Of a DNA stretch of 64,000 nucleotides, positions 8,929 to 19,500 are shown one piece after another. This stretch comes from an uncultured Bacteroidales bacterium (GTDB taxonomy: Bacteria > Bacillota_I > Bacilli_A > ML615J-28 > CAG-698). Under the pieces are notes generated by a model. That model saw nothing but the letters and a program-made list of their open reading frames with translations, was not told the DNA's origin and made no database searches. The stretch lies in contig CAYOXB010000002.1 of assembly GCA_964407835.1 (NCBI GenBank), positions 11,876 through 75,875 on the forward strand, read 5' to 3'. How positions within the stretch are numbered: the first letter of the stretch is position 1; the number at the start of each line of letters is the position of its first letter. The translations under genes and the position numbers were made by a program.

Positions 8929-10911
8929 TTACTTTCTATTTTCTTTTACAAGTTTTAAATATTCATTAACGATATTATCTACATTAAATCCATATTTATC
9001 TAAAACTTCAGGTCCTGGTGCACTAGCCCCAAACGTCTTAACGTTTATAAGTTTTCCATTTGAACCTAAATATTTATAGTAATGTGCACCTTCACTTGCT
9101 TCAACAGCTAAGATATTTTTAACCTTTTTAGGAAATAAAGATTCTTTATATTCCTTAGCTTGTTTGTCATATAAATACATTGATGGCATACTTATAACTC
9201 TAACATCATGCCCTTTTGCGTGAAGTTTTTTACTAGCTTCAATAGCAAGTGTTACTTCAGACCCACTAGCAAGTATAATGCCCGTAGGTTTTTTAACCTC
9301 AGCCTTTATAATATATGCACCCTTAGTTAAGTTGCTTGCTTTTTCAAGATTAGTTAGTGTTGGTAAATCTTGACGAGTTAAAACAAGAGCCGTTGGAGTT
9401 TTTTTCGAATTATAAGCTTCCTTCCATGCATAAATTACTTCATTTGCATCTGCTGGTCTAATAACATTAAAATTAGGAATACTTCTTAGCATTGTAAGTT
9501 GTTCAACTGGTTGATGAGTTGGACCATCTTCTCCTACTGCTAGTGAATCATGAGTAAATACATAAATAACTGGAAGCTCCATAATACTAGCAAGTCTCAT
9601 AGCTGGTTTCATATAATCTGAGAAGACAAAGAAACCACTACAAAATGCTTTTATACCACCATGAAGTGTTAAACCATTAGTAATTGCAGCCATTGCATGT
9701 TCTCTAACGCCAAAGTTTAAATTTCTTCCAATTCTATTTTGAACAGAGAAATTACCATCAGCACCTTTAGCTTTTGTGGAAGAAGCAAGATCAGCAGATC
9801 CGCCCATTACGGTTGGGTGAGCTTTTGAAAGAGCTTCTAATACTGAACCACTACTAACTCTAGTTGCTTGCTTATAATCCTCAGAAAACTTTACAAGGTT
9901 TAGAAAATCAACTTCAAATTCATTATTAGTTACTTTATTGAATTCATCAGCTAAATGAGGATATTTATAAACATATTTATTTCTAGTTTCTAACCATTCA
10001 CTATATGCTTTTTGTCCTCTTTGAGTTACATTTTGTTTATAGAATTCATATACATCTTTATCTACATCAAAAGCTTGGCCACCAAGTTCATCTCTTAGCC
10101 TATTTACTTCTTCTTGAGAGAGTGGACTGCCATGAGCTTTTGAACTATTAGCAACAGATGTTCCTCTACCAATAATAGTTTTTACTTCAATAATAGAAGG
10201 TTTCTTTGAAGACTTTGCTTGATTAACAGCTTCTTCAATTGCCTGGATATCTTCACCATCTTCAACACGCAAATAATTCCAGTTCATTGCTTCGTATTTA
10301 TTCTTTACATTTTCAGTATTAACTTCTTTTACAGCACCATCTAATTGGATATCATTAGAATCGTATAGAACAATTAGTTTATTTAAACCTAAATGCCCAG
10401 CAAGACTCATTGCTTCTTGAGTTACTCCTTCTTGTAAGTCACCATCTCCACATAAAGCATATGTATAATGGTCAATTAAACTAATTCCATCTCTATTGTA
10501 TTTATTTCTTAAAAATTCTTCCGCAATTGCCATTCCAATAGCTTCTGGAATACCTTGTCCTAAAGGTCCACTAGTTGCATCAACTCCTGCAGTAAATGTT
10601 AATTCAGGATGTCCTGGAGTTTTTGAGTCAAATTGTCTAAACTTTTTTAAATCTGTAATTGTTAAGCCATAATTAGATAAGTGCAAAACAGAATAGAGCA
10701 AACTAGAACCATGTCCAGCAGCTAAAATAAATCTATCCCTATTAATCCATTCAGGAATACTAGGATTTACTTTCATTACTTTAGTAAATAAAGTATGAAC
10801 AATTGGTGCTGCACCAATAGCCATACCTGGATGACCGGATTTCGCTTTAGTTATTTGTTCTACTGAAAGAACTTTCAAAGTATTAATAGACTTAAAATCA
10901 AGATTATTCAT
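8929..10911 (-). CDS. tkt: Transketolase
   Basis: SGHPGMAIGAAP TPP-binding motif, …GEDGPTHQPVE…, 660 aa. The start is moved to the second ATG (MNNLDFKS…) because GAAGGAGAAAG sits 7 nt upstream of it; the track start (10926) is probably 5 codons too long. Confidence 0.9.
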   Translation of the reverse strand: MNNLDFKSINTLKVLSVEQITKAKSGHPGMAIGAAPIVHTLFTKVMKVNPSIPEWINRDRFILAAGHGSSLLYSVLHLSNYGLTITDLKKFRQFDSKTPGHPELTFTAGVDATSGPLGQGIPEAIGMAIAEEFLRNKYNRDGISLIDHYTYALCGDGDLQEGVTQEAMSLAGHLGLNKLIVLYDSNDIQLDGAVKEVNTENVKNKYEAMNWNYLRVEDGEDIQAIEEAVNQAKSSKKPSIIEVKTIIGRGTSVANSSKAHGSPLSQEEVNRLRDELGGQAFDVDKDVYEFYKQNVTQRGQKAYSEWLETRNKYVYKYPHLADEFNKVTNNEFEVDFLNLVKFSEDYKQATRVSSGSVLEALSKAHPTVMGGSADLASSTKAKGADGNFSVQNRIGRNLNFGVREHAMAAITNGLTLHGGIKAFCSGFFVFSDYMKPAMRLASIMELPVIYVFTHDSLAVGEDGPTHQPVEQLTMLRSIPNFNVIRPADANEVIYAWKEAYNSKKTPTALVLTRQDLPTLTNLEKASNLTKGAYIIKAEVKKPTGIILASGSEVTLAIEASKKLHAKGHDVRVISMPSMYLYDKQAKEYKESLFPKKVKNILAVEASEGAHYYKYLGSNGKLINVKTFGASAPGPEVLDKYGFNVDNIVNEYLKLVKENRK

Positions 10912-11320
10912 TACTTTCTCCTTCATTTAATATATTAAATATATAAGTAGCTCTATCTCCATAAGAACACTTAATCATATTACCTACTATTAAAACACCA
11001 CTTGCCCCAAGTTCTTGAAGTTTTTCAACTTCAACCTTTTCAACATCATTAACTGTAACACTTACTCTACTTAGTTGTCTTTCCACATTCACAATGTTTT
11101 CTCTACCACCATAAACTTCAAAAAACAATTCCGCTTGGGATTCATCATGTGTTTCACTAATTTCTTGCTTTCTAGCCTCAGCCCTCTTTGTGCTATTTCT
11201 TATAGCAACTATAATTGCATAAACCATTAAGCCCATAATTGGCAGTACCGCTAGAGCTAAAATGATAAGCGTAACTTGAGTGTAGCTTAATGCTAAAATA
11301 GTCAATCCTAAAAAATTCAT
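10904..11320 (-). CDS. Membrane-anchored PTS EIIB(Glc)-like domain protein with the catalytic Cys replaced by Gln
   Basis: N-terminal TM helices, then GGRENIVNVERQLSRVSVTVNDVEKVEVEKLQELGASGVLIV, which aligns to E. coli PtsG IIB [20 protein letters not shown]…LGAAGVV with C→Q. Its stop overlaps the tkt start (ATGAATAA). Confidence 0.7.
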   Translation of the reverse strand: MNFLGLTILALSYTQVTLIILALAVLPIMGLMVYAIIVAIRNSTKRAEARKQEISETHDESQAELFFEVYGGRENIVNVERQLSRVSVTVNDVEKVEVEKLQELGASGVLIVGNMIKCSYGDRATYIFNILNEGESNE

Positions 11321-11420
11321 ATATTTCTCCTTATTATCTTTTATATATATAATTATACCATAATTTAACCTAAATAGTAAATTGTAAACTTTACTTTTTA
11401 AGGATTACTTTTAGTCGATA

Positions 11421-11449
11421 TTGAAAAGTTTTAGAAATTAATATATAAT
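11421..11449 (+). promoter_or_regulatory. Sigma-A type promoter for uppP
   Basis: TTGAAA – 17 nt – TATAAT; GGGGG RBS before the ATG at 11475. Confidence 0.6.
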
Positions 11450-11474
11450 AGCAACATAGTAACGGGGGATTAAA

Positions 11475-12317
11475 ATGACAGAATTTTTAGAAATCTTAAA
11501 ATATATACTATTAGGTCTAATCCAAGGGATTGCTGAACCACTACCTGTTTCTTCAAGTGGTCATTTAATTTTTATAGATAGGCTTTTAAATAATCCAATT
11601 CCAAGTGATGTAATGAGTAATTTCCAAGTGATTGTTAATTTAGCCTCACTTTTAGCAATTATTATTTTCTTTAGAAAATTCATCTTGGAATTAATAACTG
11701 GCAGTTTTAAATATTTATTCAAAAAAGATCAATCTGGAAAAGATAATTTTAATTATGTAGTTTATGTTTTAATTGCTTCAATTCCTGTTGGAATTGTTGG
11801 AATAATTTTAAAAATATATGATGTCGATAAACACTTAACTAATTTATTAATAGTTGGAATATCTCTTCTGGTTACTAGTATTATTTTAACTCTTGGTTAT
11901 GCCTTCTCAAAAAAGACAGTAAAAGAAGATATAATCTTAAAAGATAGTTTTATCATCGGTATAATTCAGATCTTTGCTTTAGTACCAGGTATTAGTAGAA
12001 GCGGACTCACTACAACTACAGGCCTACAAAGAAAAGTGCATCTTAAAAATGCACTAGTATTTTCCTTTATGCTCTACATAGTTGCAAGTTTAGGTGCAAG
12101 TCTTGTAGGGTTATTCGATATATTAAAAAATGGCTTTTCAATTAATATAAATATCTTAGGGTTTATCCTTGCTTTTGTTGCAAGTTTTACAGGAACTATT
12201 ATAGTAATTAATTTATTCTTTAAATATTTAAATAATAAATACTTGAAATATTTTGCTATCTATTGCTTTACTATTGGCATAATAATTTTATCACTATTAA
12301 GATTAGGAGTTATCTAA
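11475..12317 (+). CDS. uppP: Undecaprenyl-diphosphatase
   Basis: GLIQGIAEPLPVSSSGHLI and PGISRSG motifs of BacA/UppP; polytopic membrane protein. Confidence 0.9.
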   Translation: MTEFLEILKYILLGLIQGIAEPLPVSSSGHLIFIDRLLNNPIPSDVMSNFQVIVNLASLLAIIIFFRKFILELITGSFKYLFKKDQSGKDNFNYVVYVLIASIPVGIVGIILKIYDVDKHLTNLLIVGISLLVTSIILTLGYAFSKKTVKEDIILKDSFIIGIIQIFALVPGISRSGLTTTTGLQRKVHLKNALVFSFMLYIVASLGASLVGLFDILKNGFSININILGFILAFVASFTGTIIVINLFFKYLNNKYLKYFAIYCFTIGIIILSLLRLGVI

Positions 12318-12318
12318 A

Positions 12319-12744
12319 ATGAAAATTACCGAGTGTATTACAAAAGATCAATTAGTTGATCACTATCTAATAAGAAAAATAGTCTTTATCGATGAACAAA
12401 AAGTAAGCTATGAAGATGAATTTGATCTTGATGAAAAAACTAGAATTCCTTTTGTTGTTTATAAAGATAACAAACCAATTGCAACTGCTAGAATTTTTCT
12501 TGCTAATGACTACTCAAAAATTGAAAGAGTGGCTGTCTTAAAAGAGTATAGACATTTAGGTATAGGTTCTCTAATCATGAACCACTTATGTAATTATTCT
12601 CTAAGCCACAATTTAAAACTTATAAAGATAGGTGCCCAAATATCTGCTTTAAGGTTTTATGAAAAACTAGGTTTTGAAAAATATGGAGATGAATATTTGG
12701 ATGCAAATATTCCCCACTACAATATGAGAAAAGCATTGAAATAA
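12319..12744 (+). CDS. GNAT family N-acetyltransferase
   Basis: RVAVLKEYRHLGIGSLIM … ALRFYEKLGFEK acetyl-CoA binding motifs. Confidence 0.8.
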   Translation: MKITECITKDQLVDHYLIRKIVFIDEQKVSYEDEFDLDEKTRIPFVVYKDNKPIATARIFLANDYSKIERVAVLKEYRHLGIGSLIMNHLCNYSLSHNLKLIKIGAQISALRFYEKLGFEKYGDEYLDANIPHYNMRKALK

Positions 12745-12758
12745 TCAATGCTTTTTTT
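12733..12758. terminator. Bidirectional intrinsic terminator between convergent GNAT and coaX genes
   Basis: GCATTGA-AATAA-TCAATGC followed by TTTTTTT; the 5' stem overlaps the GNAT stop codon. Confidence 0.7.
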
Positions 12759-13533
12759 AATTTTTTTTATAAATTAAATTTAAACCTTCTAAAACTAAAT
12801 TTTCATCATAAATAACATCTTCTTCTAAATAGTCTTTAATGAATTTAGCTTCACCACCAGTTATTATAACTTTTAGATTTTCTTCTTTTTTAGTTTTCTT
12901 TATTTCTTGCTTCATTTTTCTCACTATTCCATCAATCATTGAAGCTGTTCCATATACCATTGCGCTTTGAATGCAAGAAACTGTATCTTTGCCTATTATT
13001 GATGGCGGTGTATTTAGTTTTACTTCTTCAAGCCTTGCTGTATTCTTAAACAAACCTTCATAAGAAGTCTTTACTCCTGGTGAAATAACTCCACCTATTA
13101 ATTCTTTTTTACTATCTACATAAAATAATGTTATTGCAGTTCCCATATCGATAACAATATTAGGTGCTTCATACTTTTCAATAGCAGCAGCAATTCCTAC
13201 AATAATATCTGCTCCAACTTGTTTTGGATTATCAACGGCAATCTTAACTCCTGTTTTAGTTCCAGGGCCTACGAATATTGGTTTTTGGTGAAAATATTTA
13301 AGGAACATCTTTTCATAAGTTAAATCTAAAGAAGGAACAACACTTGAAATAATAATACCTTCAATCTCATCTTTATTTAAAAGATTGTACTTAAATAATT
13401 CTAATAGTTTTACACCATATTCATCGTAGCTTTGCCCGGGTTTACTTTCAAGCCCAAAAGTGGAAATAAGTTCATCATTTTTAAAGATACCAAAAATAGA
13501 ACTAGTATTCCCAATATCAATACATAAAATCAT
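12757..13533 (-). CDS. coaX: Type III pantothenate kinase
   Basis: MILCIDIGNTSSIFGIF N-terminal ASKHA motif and GGGA-like motif region; 258 aa. Confidence 0.9.
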   Translation of the reverse strand: MILCIDIGNTSSIFGIFKNDELISTFGLESKPGQSYDEYGVKLLELFKYNLLNKDEIEGIIISSVVPSLDLTYEKMFLKYFHQKPIFVGPGTKTGVKIAVDNPKQVGADIIVGIAAAIEKYEAPNIVIDMGTAITLFYVDSKKELIGGVISPGVKTSYEGLFKNTARLEEVKLNTPPSIIGKDTVSCIQSAMVYGTASMIDGIVRKMKQEIKKTKKEENLKVIITGGEAKFIKDYLEEDVIYDENLVLEGLNLIYKKN

Positions 13534-13544
13534 TTTTTCACCTA

Positions 13545-14102
13545 CTATGCGCGTGAATCGTATCTTCCTGTACTTGTATTTACAATAATCTTATCGCCTT
13601 CATTAATAAATAAAGGAACCAAAACTCTTAAGCCTGTTTCAAGTACAGCTTCTTTTGTTGCGTTAGCTGCTGTATTGCCTCTAACACCAGGTGTTGTTTC
13701 AGTAACTTCTAAAGTTACTTTCTCTGGTAGCATAACACCAAGAATTTCTCCTTGAAATTCAACCATTGTTACGGTTGAACCTTCCAGCAAATAATTTTTT
13801 TCACTTTCTAGATTAGCTGCTGGAATTTCTATTTGTTCATATGTTTCCATATCCATAAAAGCTAAATGCATTCCATCATCATATAAGTATTGCATTACTT
13901 TCTTTTCAATAATTGCTTTTGCCATTTTTTCATCTGCTCTAAACGAAAAATCAGTTATTGCACCCGTTCTTAAGTTCTTAAGTCTTGTTCTTACAAATGC
14001 TTGCCCTTTACCTGGTTTTACATGTTGGAATTCCATAACTTGGTAAATATTACCTTCATATTCTACAGTCATTCCTGTTTTAAATTCATTACTCGTTACC
14101 AT
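13545..14102 (-). CDS. efp: Elongation factor P
   Basis: …GQAFVRTRLKNLRTG…; KPGKG loop with the conserved Lys; 185 aa. Confidence 0.95.
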   Translation of the reverse strand: MVTSNEFKTGMTVEYEGNIYQVMEFQHVKPGKGQAFVRTRLKNLRTGAITDFSFRADEKMAKAIIEKKVMQYLYDDGMHLAFMDMETYEQIEIPAANLESEKNYLLEGSTVTMVEFQGEILGVMLPEKVTLEVTETTPGVRGNTAANATKEAVLETGLRVLVPLFINEGDKIIVNTSTGRYDSRA

Positions 14103-14119
14103 ACTTCCTCCTTGAGTAT

Positions 14120-15001
14120 CTATTCTATAATTTCTATATCATAACTTGCATTAAAATCTTCTAGAGATCTCAAGCTAACAATATCATCTTTTTTATGAAA
14201 TAAATGCTTACTATTATGTCTATCACCATAACCAAGCCATGGTTCTAAACAAATAAATGGTGCATCTTTTCCATATGGTGTCCAAATCCCAAAGGATTTA
14301 AATCTTGAAAAACTTAGTTTCAAGCCTTTATTTTCTTTATTTAATAACTTAACACTATTTGACCTTATCCTTGGTATAACAATAGTATCAATTTTAAATA
14401 ACTCATAATCTAATTTTATTTCTTTTAAATAATCAAAACGCATTACTGGCTCGTCAAAGTTCAAAGTTCCATCATTTTCAACTTTCGGAGAAGAAAAAGC
14501 TTCCTCAGTTTCAAATTCAATTCTATAATCTGTAAACTTTTCACCTTCATATAGTGGACAGTTAAATGCAGGATGCCCACCTATATTAAATAATATAGGT
14601 TCTTTGTTCTCATTTATAACTTGAAAGTTTGTTTTTAAACTTGAACCGTTTAAGGTAAATGTAATAAGAACCTTATACCTAAAGGGATATAACTCCAATG
14701 TTTCTTCATTAAAAGTATTTATAAAACTAATTTCTGTATCACTCTTTTGAAAAAGTTCAAATTCTTGAGTTCTTAAGAAACCATGGTTGTTCATTTTATA
14801 CTCTTTGTTTTGAATAATAGTTTTTTTGTCTTTTAAAGCTCCAACAATAGGAAATAAGACAGGAGCACAGTAGCTCCAATACTTTGAATCTCTAGACCAA
14901 ATGTATTCAATCTTAGTTGTTTTACTTTTCAGCGAATATAATTCTGCCCCAGTTGAATTAATTCTAACTTTTAATAAATCATTTTGGATTTCATAGATCA
15001 T
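14120..15001 (-). CDS. Aldose 1-epimerase family protein
   Basis: 293 aa, galactose-mutarotase-like fold motifs (…NHGF…, …GGHPAFN…). Confidence 0.7.
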   Translation of the reverse strand: MIYEIQNDLLKVRINSTGAELYSLKSKTTKIEYIWSRDSKYWSYCAPVLFPIVGALKDKKTIIQNKEYKMNNHGFLRTQEFELFQKSDTEISFINTFNEETLELYPFRYKVLITFTLNGSSLKTNFQVINENKEPILFNIGGHPAFNCPLYEGEKFTDYRIEFETEEAFSSPKVENDGTLNFDEPVMRFDYLKEIKLDYELFKIDTIVIPRIRSNSVKLLNKENKGLKLSFSRFKSFGIWTPYGKDAPFICLEPWLGYGDRHNSKHLFHKKDDIVSLRSLEDFNASYDIEIIE

Positions 15002-15147
15002 TAATTAGCCTCCCATTTCTCTTTCTATAGCATAAATATTATAACATACTTTTTTTGATATTGCATTATTTACTTTTAGAGTTTTTATCTATATTCTTTG
15101 CGCTTATAATCTTTTTTTGATATAATTTTAAATGCGAGGAACTAAAT

Positions 15148-16038
15148 ATGAAAGTAACAAAATTAACACCTAGGGGTTTTTGTAAGGGTGTAGTTAATGC
15201 AATTCATATAATAAATAAAGCTTTAGAAGATGAAAATCTAAAAAGACCTTTTTATATGCTTGGTAATATTGTCCATAATAAAAATATTGTTAATGCATTT
15301 AAAGAAAAAGGTGTTATTATTTTAGATGGTCCATCTAGAGTAAAAATGCTTGAGGATATTACTTCTGGAACTGTTATTTTTACAGCCCATGGGGTAAGTG
15401 ATAAGGTTCGTAAGATTTCTGAAGCAAAAGGTCTTGATATTATTGATGCAACTTGTAAAGATGTAAGGAGAACTCACGATTTAATTAAAGATTTTATTGA
15501 TCTTGGCTATACTGTTTTGTTTTACGGTAAGCAAAATCACCCTGAGACCGAAGGTGTTCTAGGTATTAGTCCTAAAATAATCTTGATTGAAGATTATTTT
15601 GACCTAGATAGTCTACCGAACATTAACAATCAAATGATAATAACTAACCAAACTACAATGTCATATTTAAATTTAATTACGGTTTATGAAAAACTACTTA
15701 CTAAATACCCACAATTAGAACTGATTGACGAAATATGTAGTGCAACTAGAAGAAGGCAAGAAGCTGTTATAAATGCAAAGAACTTTGATCTTATTATTGT
15801 TGTTGGTGATAAACTATCAAACAATACAAAGATGCTAGCTAATCTAGCAAAAGAAAAAACAAATGCAATCCAAGTAGAAACTTTGAATGATTTGAAAGAA
15901 TACAATCTAAAAGATTACAAAAATATAGCAATTACAGCAGGAGCATCTACTCCAATGATTATTCTTGATGAGATTGTGGATGCTATTGAGGAAAACAATA
16001 CTTTTATTAGCAAACTTACAATTAAAGATTTCTTATAA
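15148..16038 (+). CDS. ispH: 4-hydroxy-3-methylbut-2-enyl diphosphate reductase
   Basis: PRGFCKGVVNAI…, …TAHGVS…, …NTTMS…; the three conserved Cys of LytB/IspH are present. GAGGAA RBS. Confidence 0.9.
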   Translation: MKVTKLTPRGFCKGVVNAIHIINKALEDENLKRPFYMLGNIVHNKNIVNAFKEKGVIILDGPSRVKMLEDITSGTVIFTAHGVSDKVRKISEAKGLDIIDATCKDVRRTHDLIKDFIDLGYTVLFYGKQNHPETEGVLGISPKIILIEDYFDLDSLPNINNQMIITNQTTMSYLNLITVYEKLLTKYPQLELIDEICSATRRRQEAVINAKNFDLIIVVGDKLSNNTKMLANLAKEKTNAIQVETLNDLKEYNLKDYKNIAITAGASTPMIILDEIVDAIEENNTFISKLTIKDFL

Positions 16039-16044
16039 AAACAA

Positions 16045-16086
16045 AAAGGCGAAATTCAAATTGAATTTTCGCCTTTAATTTTTTAT
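16045..16086. terminator. Bidirectional terminator between ispH and pheT
   Basis: Long hairpin AAAGGCGAAATTCAAATTGAATTTTCGCCTTT flanked by A/T runs. Confidence 0.75.
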
Positions 16087-18458
16087 CTTAAAGTAGCATT
16101 AAATTTTTCTTTTAATACTTTTAAGATTTTTGTTATTTTAGAATTAATTTGCTCATCTGTAAGTGTTTCATTCGCACTAAAACTTAAACTAATTGCTACA
16201 GATTTTTCATCTTTTGCAATTTTATCACCTACATATAAATCAAATACTTCGATTTCATTTAAATTAAGATTTTTAATTGCCCTAATTTCCTTAAGTATAT
16301 CGCCAACTAAGACGTCTTTCTTAACTAATATTGCAATATCCCTATTTACAAAAGGAACTTTTGAAATAGCTTCATAAATAATCTCTTTTTCTTTCACATT
16401 AAAGATCTTATCAAGTTTAATTTCTGCTACATAAGCATCATCTAAATCTTTTTCTTTTGTATACTTAGGATGTAGTGCTCCTATAAAGCCTATAAACTCT
16501 TTATTTAAATAAATCTCTGCACTTCTTTTCGGGTGAAGTTCAAGGCATTCTTGTTCTAGAGGTCCAAAGTCAACTTCTAGCCTTAAACTTTCAAATAGAT
16601 TTTCTAGTATTCCTTTTAAAAGGAAGAAATCTGCTTCTTCTTTATGACCTAAAGACTTAGAAAATTCATTGGTGATTAAAATACTTAAATTTTCATACTC
16701 TTTATATGCTTGATCTTTGTAATAAGTTCTACCAATTTCAAAGAATGCTAGGTTTTTAATCTTTCTGTTTAAGCTATACTGCGCAACTTCCACTAAAGAA
16801 GGCACTAATGATTTTCTTAGAGTACTTCTTTCACTACTTAAAGGCATTAATACTTCCACATTCTCACCTTGTTCATGAATCAATTTAAACTCTTCATTAG
16901 CGTTTTTATCTACTAAAGCATAAGTTATTGTTTCACTTAAGCCTAAACCACTTAAAACCTCTTTAATAAAACGTCTTTGTTTTTGGGTTTTTGTTAGATA
17001 ACCTGGGTTTGTTGTTTTAGGTAGAGTAATTGGTAGTAATTCATAACCATATAGTCTTGATATTTCTTCAACAACATCTTCTTTTATCCTAATATCCATT
17101 CTTTTTGATGGTGGAGTTACTATAATACTATCTTTTTCTAAACTAACTTTAAACATTAGTCTTTCTAAAATTGATTTTATATCATTACTTGCAATTTTTA
17201 CACCTAATATCTTTTCAACATCACTAAGTTTAAACACAATATCTGCTACTTTTGGTAGGGGGTTTGTTGCACTTGCGATATTTCCAACTTTTGCCTTCGC
17301 ATATTTATTGAGTAAATAGGTTGCATAGTCTAGGGCGAGCTTTGTAGAGTTAAAATCTACCCCTTTTTCAAACCTAATTGAAGAATCACTTCTTAAATCA
17401 AGCCTTAAAGATGTCTTTCTTACTGATTCTTTATTAAATACAGCAGCCTCAAGAACTATATCTTTAGTATTAGCTGTTACTTCAGTTGCAGCACCACCCA
17501 TAACACCTGCAATAGCTACTGGATCTTTACCATTTGTTATAACAACATCAGATTTTAATAGTTTTCTTTTTTGATTATCTAAAGTAATAATTTCTTCATT
17601 TTCATAGGCATTTCTTACTAATATTTTACTTCCAAGCAGCTTATAATCAAAAGCATGGAGTGGTTGCCCAAAAAGGGCTAGGATGTAATTTGTTATGTCT
17701 ACTACATTATTTATTGGTCTAATGCCAAAAGCGATTAGACGCGAAATTAACCACTGAGGAGAGCTTGTTATAACTACATCTTTGAAGATACGTCCAAAAT
17801 AGCTAGAACAATCATTAGTTTCGATTAAAACCTCTAATTTATCCTTTACATCTTCTTTTAATAGATTATAGGCAAGTGGTTTAAGTGGTCTATTAAAGAC
17901 TGCACTTACCTCAACTGCAAGCCCTAGCATTGACAGTAAGTCACCTCTATTAGGTGTTACATCAACCTCAATTACATAATCATCTAAATTTAGAGCTTCT
18001 AAAGCATTACTGCCAACTTTTACATCATCTTTAAAGACATAAATACCAGCTTGGTTAGCCTCATCAACATATTTTTTCTCAATACCAAGCTCTAGAAGTG
18101 AACAAATCATACCATTTGATTCAACACCTCTAATTTTAGTCTTCTTTATTTTAAAATTATTAGGAAGTATTGCACCATTTAAGGCAACAATAACCTTTTG
18201 ACCCTTATCTACATTAGGAGCACCACATATAATTTGTAATTCTTCTGCTCCTACATCAACTTTACATAAAGATAAGTGATCACTATCTTCAAGTTTACTT
18301 CTTTCCTTCACAAATCCAACAACTAAATTACTAGCATCTACTAGTTTCTTAGCAGTTTCAACTTCAACAGAGTGTAGAGAAAGCTTATTTACTAAATCAC
18401 TTAAGCTAATATTAGCTAAATCGACTAATTCTTTTAACCATTCTAATTTTATATTCAT
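16083..18458 (-). CDS. pheT: Phenylalanine--tRNA ligase beta subunit
   Basis: 791 aa; tRNA-binding OB, B3/B4, B5 and FDX-ACB domain order recognisable. Confidence 0.95.
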   Translation of the reverse strand: MNIKLEWLKELVDLANISLSDLVNKLSLHSVEVETAKKLVDASNLVVGFVKERSKLEDSDHLSLCKVDVGAEELQIICGAPNVDKGQKVIVALNGAILPNNFKIKKTKIRGVESNGMICSLLELGIEKKYVDEANQAGIYVFKDDVKVGSNALEALNLDDYVIEVDVTPNRGDLLSMLGLAVEVSAVFNRPLKPLAYNLLKEDVKDKLEVLIETNDCSSYFGRIFKDVVITSSPQWLISRLIAFGIRPINNVVDITNYILALFGQPLHAFDYKLLGSKILVRNAYENEEIITLDNQKRKLLKSDVVITNGKDPVAIAGVMGGAATEVTANTKDIVLEAAVFNKESVRKTSLRLDLRSDSSIRFEKGVDFNSTKLALDYATYLLNKYAKAKVGNIASATNPLPKVADIVFKLSDVEKILGVKIASNDIKSILERLMFKVSLEKDSIIVTPPSKRMDIRIKEDVVEEISRLYGYELLPITLPKTTNPGYLTKTQKQRRFIKEVLSGLGLSETITYALVDKNANEEFKLIHEQGENVEVLMPLSSERSTLRKSLVPSLVEVAQYSLNRKIKNLAFFEIGRTYYKDQAYKEYENLSILITNEFSKSLGHKEEADFFLLKGILENLFESLRLEVDFGPLEQECLELHPKRSAEIYLNKEFIGFIGALHPKYTKEKDLDDAYVAEIKLDKIFNVKEKEIIYEAISKVPFVNRDIAILVKKDVLVGDILKEIRAIKNLNLNEIEVFDLYVGDKIAKDEKSVAISLSFSANETLTDEQINSKITKILKVLKEKFNATLR

Positions 18459-18466
18459 ATTGCCCC

Positions 18467-19489
18467 CTAAAACTGTTTTAAAAACCTTGGATCATTTAAA
18501 TAAAACTGACGAATATCATCAAGTTCATGTTTGAGCATTGTGAAGCGTTCAATTCCAAGACCAAAAGCAAAGCCTTGGTATAGGTTTGGATCATAACTAG
18601 CCATCTTTAAAACATTAGGATGAACCATTCCAGCTCCTAATACTTCAATCCAGCCACTACCTTTACATAAACTACAACCCTTACCACCACATTTAAAACA
18701 AGTAACATCAACTTCAACACTTGGTTCAGTAAATGGGAAGAAAGACGGTCTAAATCTAACTTTAGTGTTCTCACCAAAAATCTTCTTTGAAAGTAAGCTT
18801 AGAGTTCCCTTTAAATCAGCCATAGTTATATCTTTATCAACAACTAAACCTTCAATTTGCATGAATTGATGGGAGTGAGTTGCATCATCATTATCCCTAC
18901 GGTATACTTTTCCAGGACAAATAATCTTTACTGGCTTACCTTTTAACTTTAAAAGGGTTCTAACTTGAACAGGAGAAGTATGAGTTCTAAGTAAATTATT
19001 TTTATCAATATAAAAAGAATCTTGCATTTCCCTAGCAGGATGACCCTCAGGAAGATTCAACATTTCAAAATTATAGAGATCTTCTTCTACTTCTGGGCCT
19101 TCTTCAACAGTATAACCCATTCCAACAAACAAATCTTCGATTTCATTTGTAAGTTTAGTAAGTGGATGCAGACTTCCATTTCTAAATTTCCTACCAGGCA
19201 GTGTAACATCAATAGCTTCACTTTCAAGTTTAAGATTAATTAATACTTCATTAATTTTATCAAGGCGTCTTTTAATAGCTTCTTCCACAAAAGTCTTAAA
19301 CTTATTAATAGCTATTCCTGCTTCTTTTTTCTCCTCATTAGATAAGTCTTTCATTACAGCTAAAATTGCTTGAAGTGGGCTCTTCTTACCTAAGTAATAA
19401 GCTTTCTTTTCGTTTAAATCATTTATTGATGTAACTGATTCTAACTCTTTTGTTACTTCTTTTTCTAAAGACAATAATTTGTTTAACAT
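18467..19489 (-). CDS. pheS: Phenylalanine--tRNA ligase alpha subunit
   Basis: Class II aaRS motifs (…[12 protein letters not shown]…, …GAGMVHP…, [11 protein letters not shown]). Confidence 0.95.
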   Translation of the reverse strand: MLNKLLSLEKEVTKELESVTSINDLNEKKAYYLGKKSPLQAILAVMKDLSNEEKKEAGIAINKFKTFVEEAIKRRLDKINEVLINLKLESEAIDVTLPGRKFRNGSLHPLTKLTNEIEDLFVGMGYTVEEGPEVEEDLYNFEMLNLPEGHPAREMQDSFYIDKNNLLRTHTSPVQVRTLLKLKGKPVKIICPGKVYRRDNDDATHSHQFMQIEGLVVDKDITMADLKGTLSLLSKKIFGENTKVRFRPSFFPFTEPSVEVDVTCFKCGGKGCSLCKGSGWIEVLGAGMVHPNVLKMASYDPNLYQGFAFGLGIERFTMLKHELDDIRQFYLNDPRFLKQF

Positions 19490-19500
19490 ATTTCCTCCTA

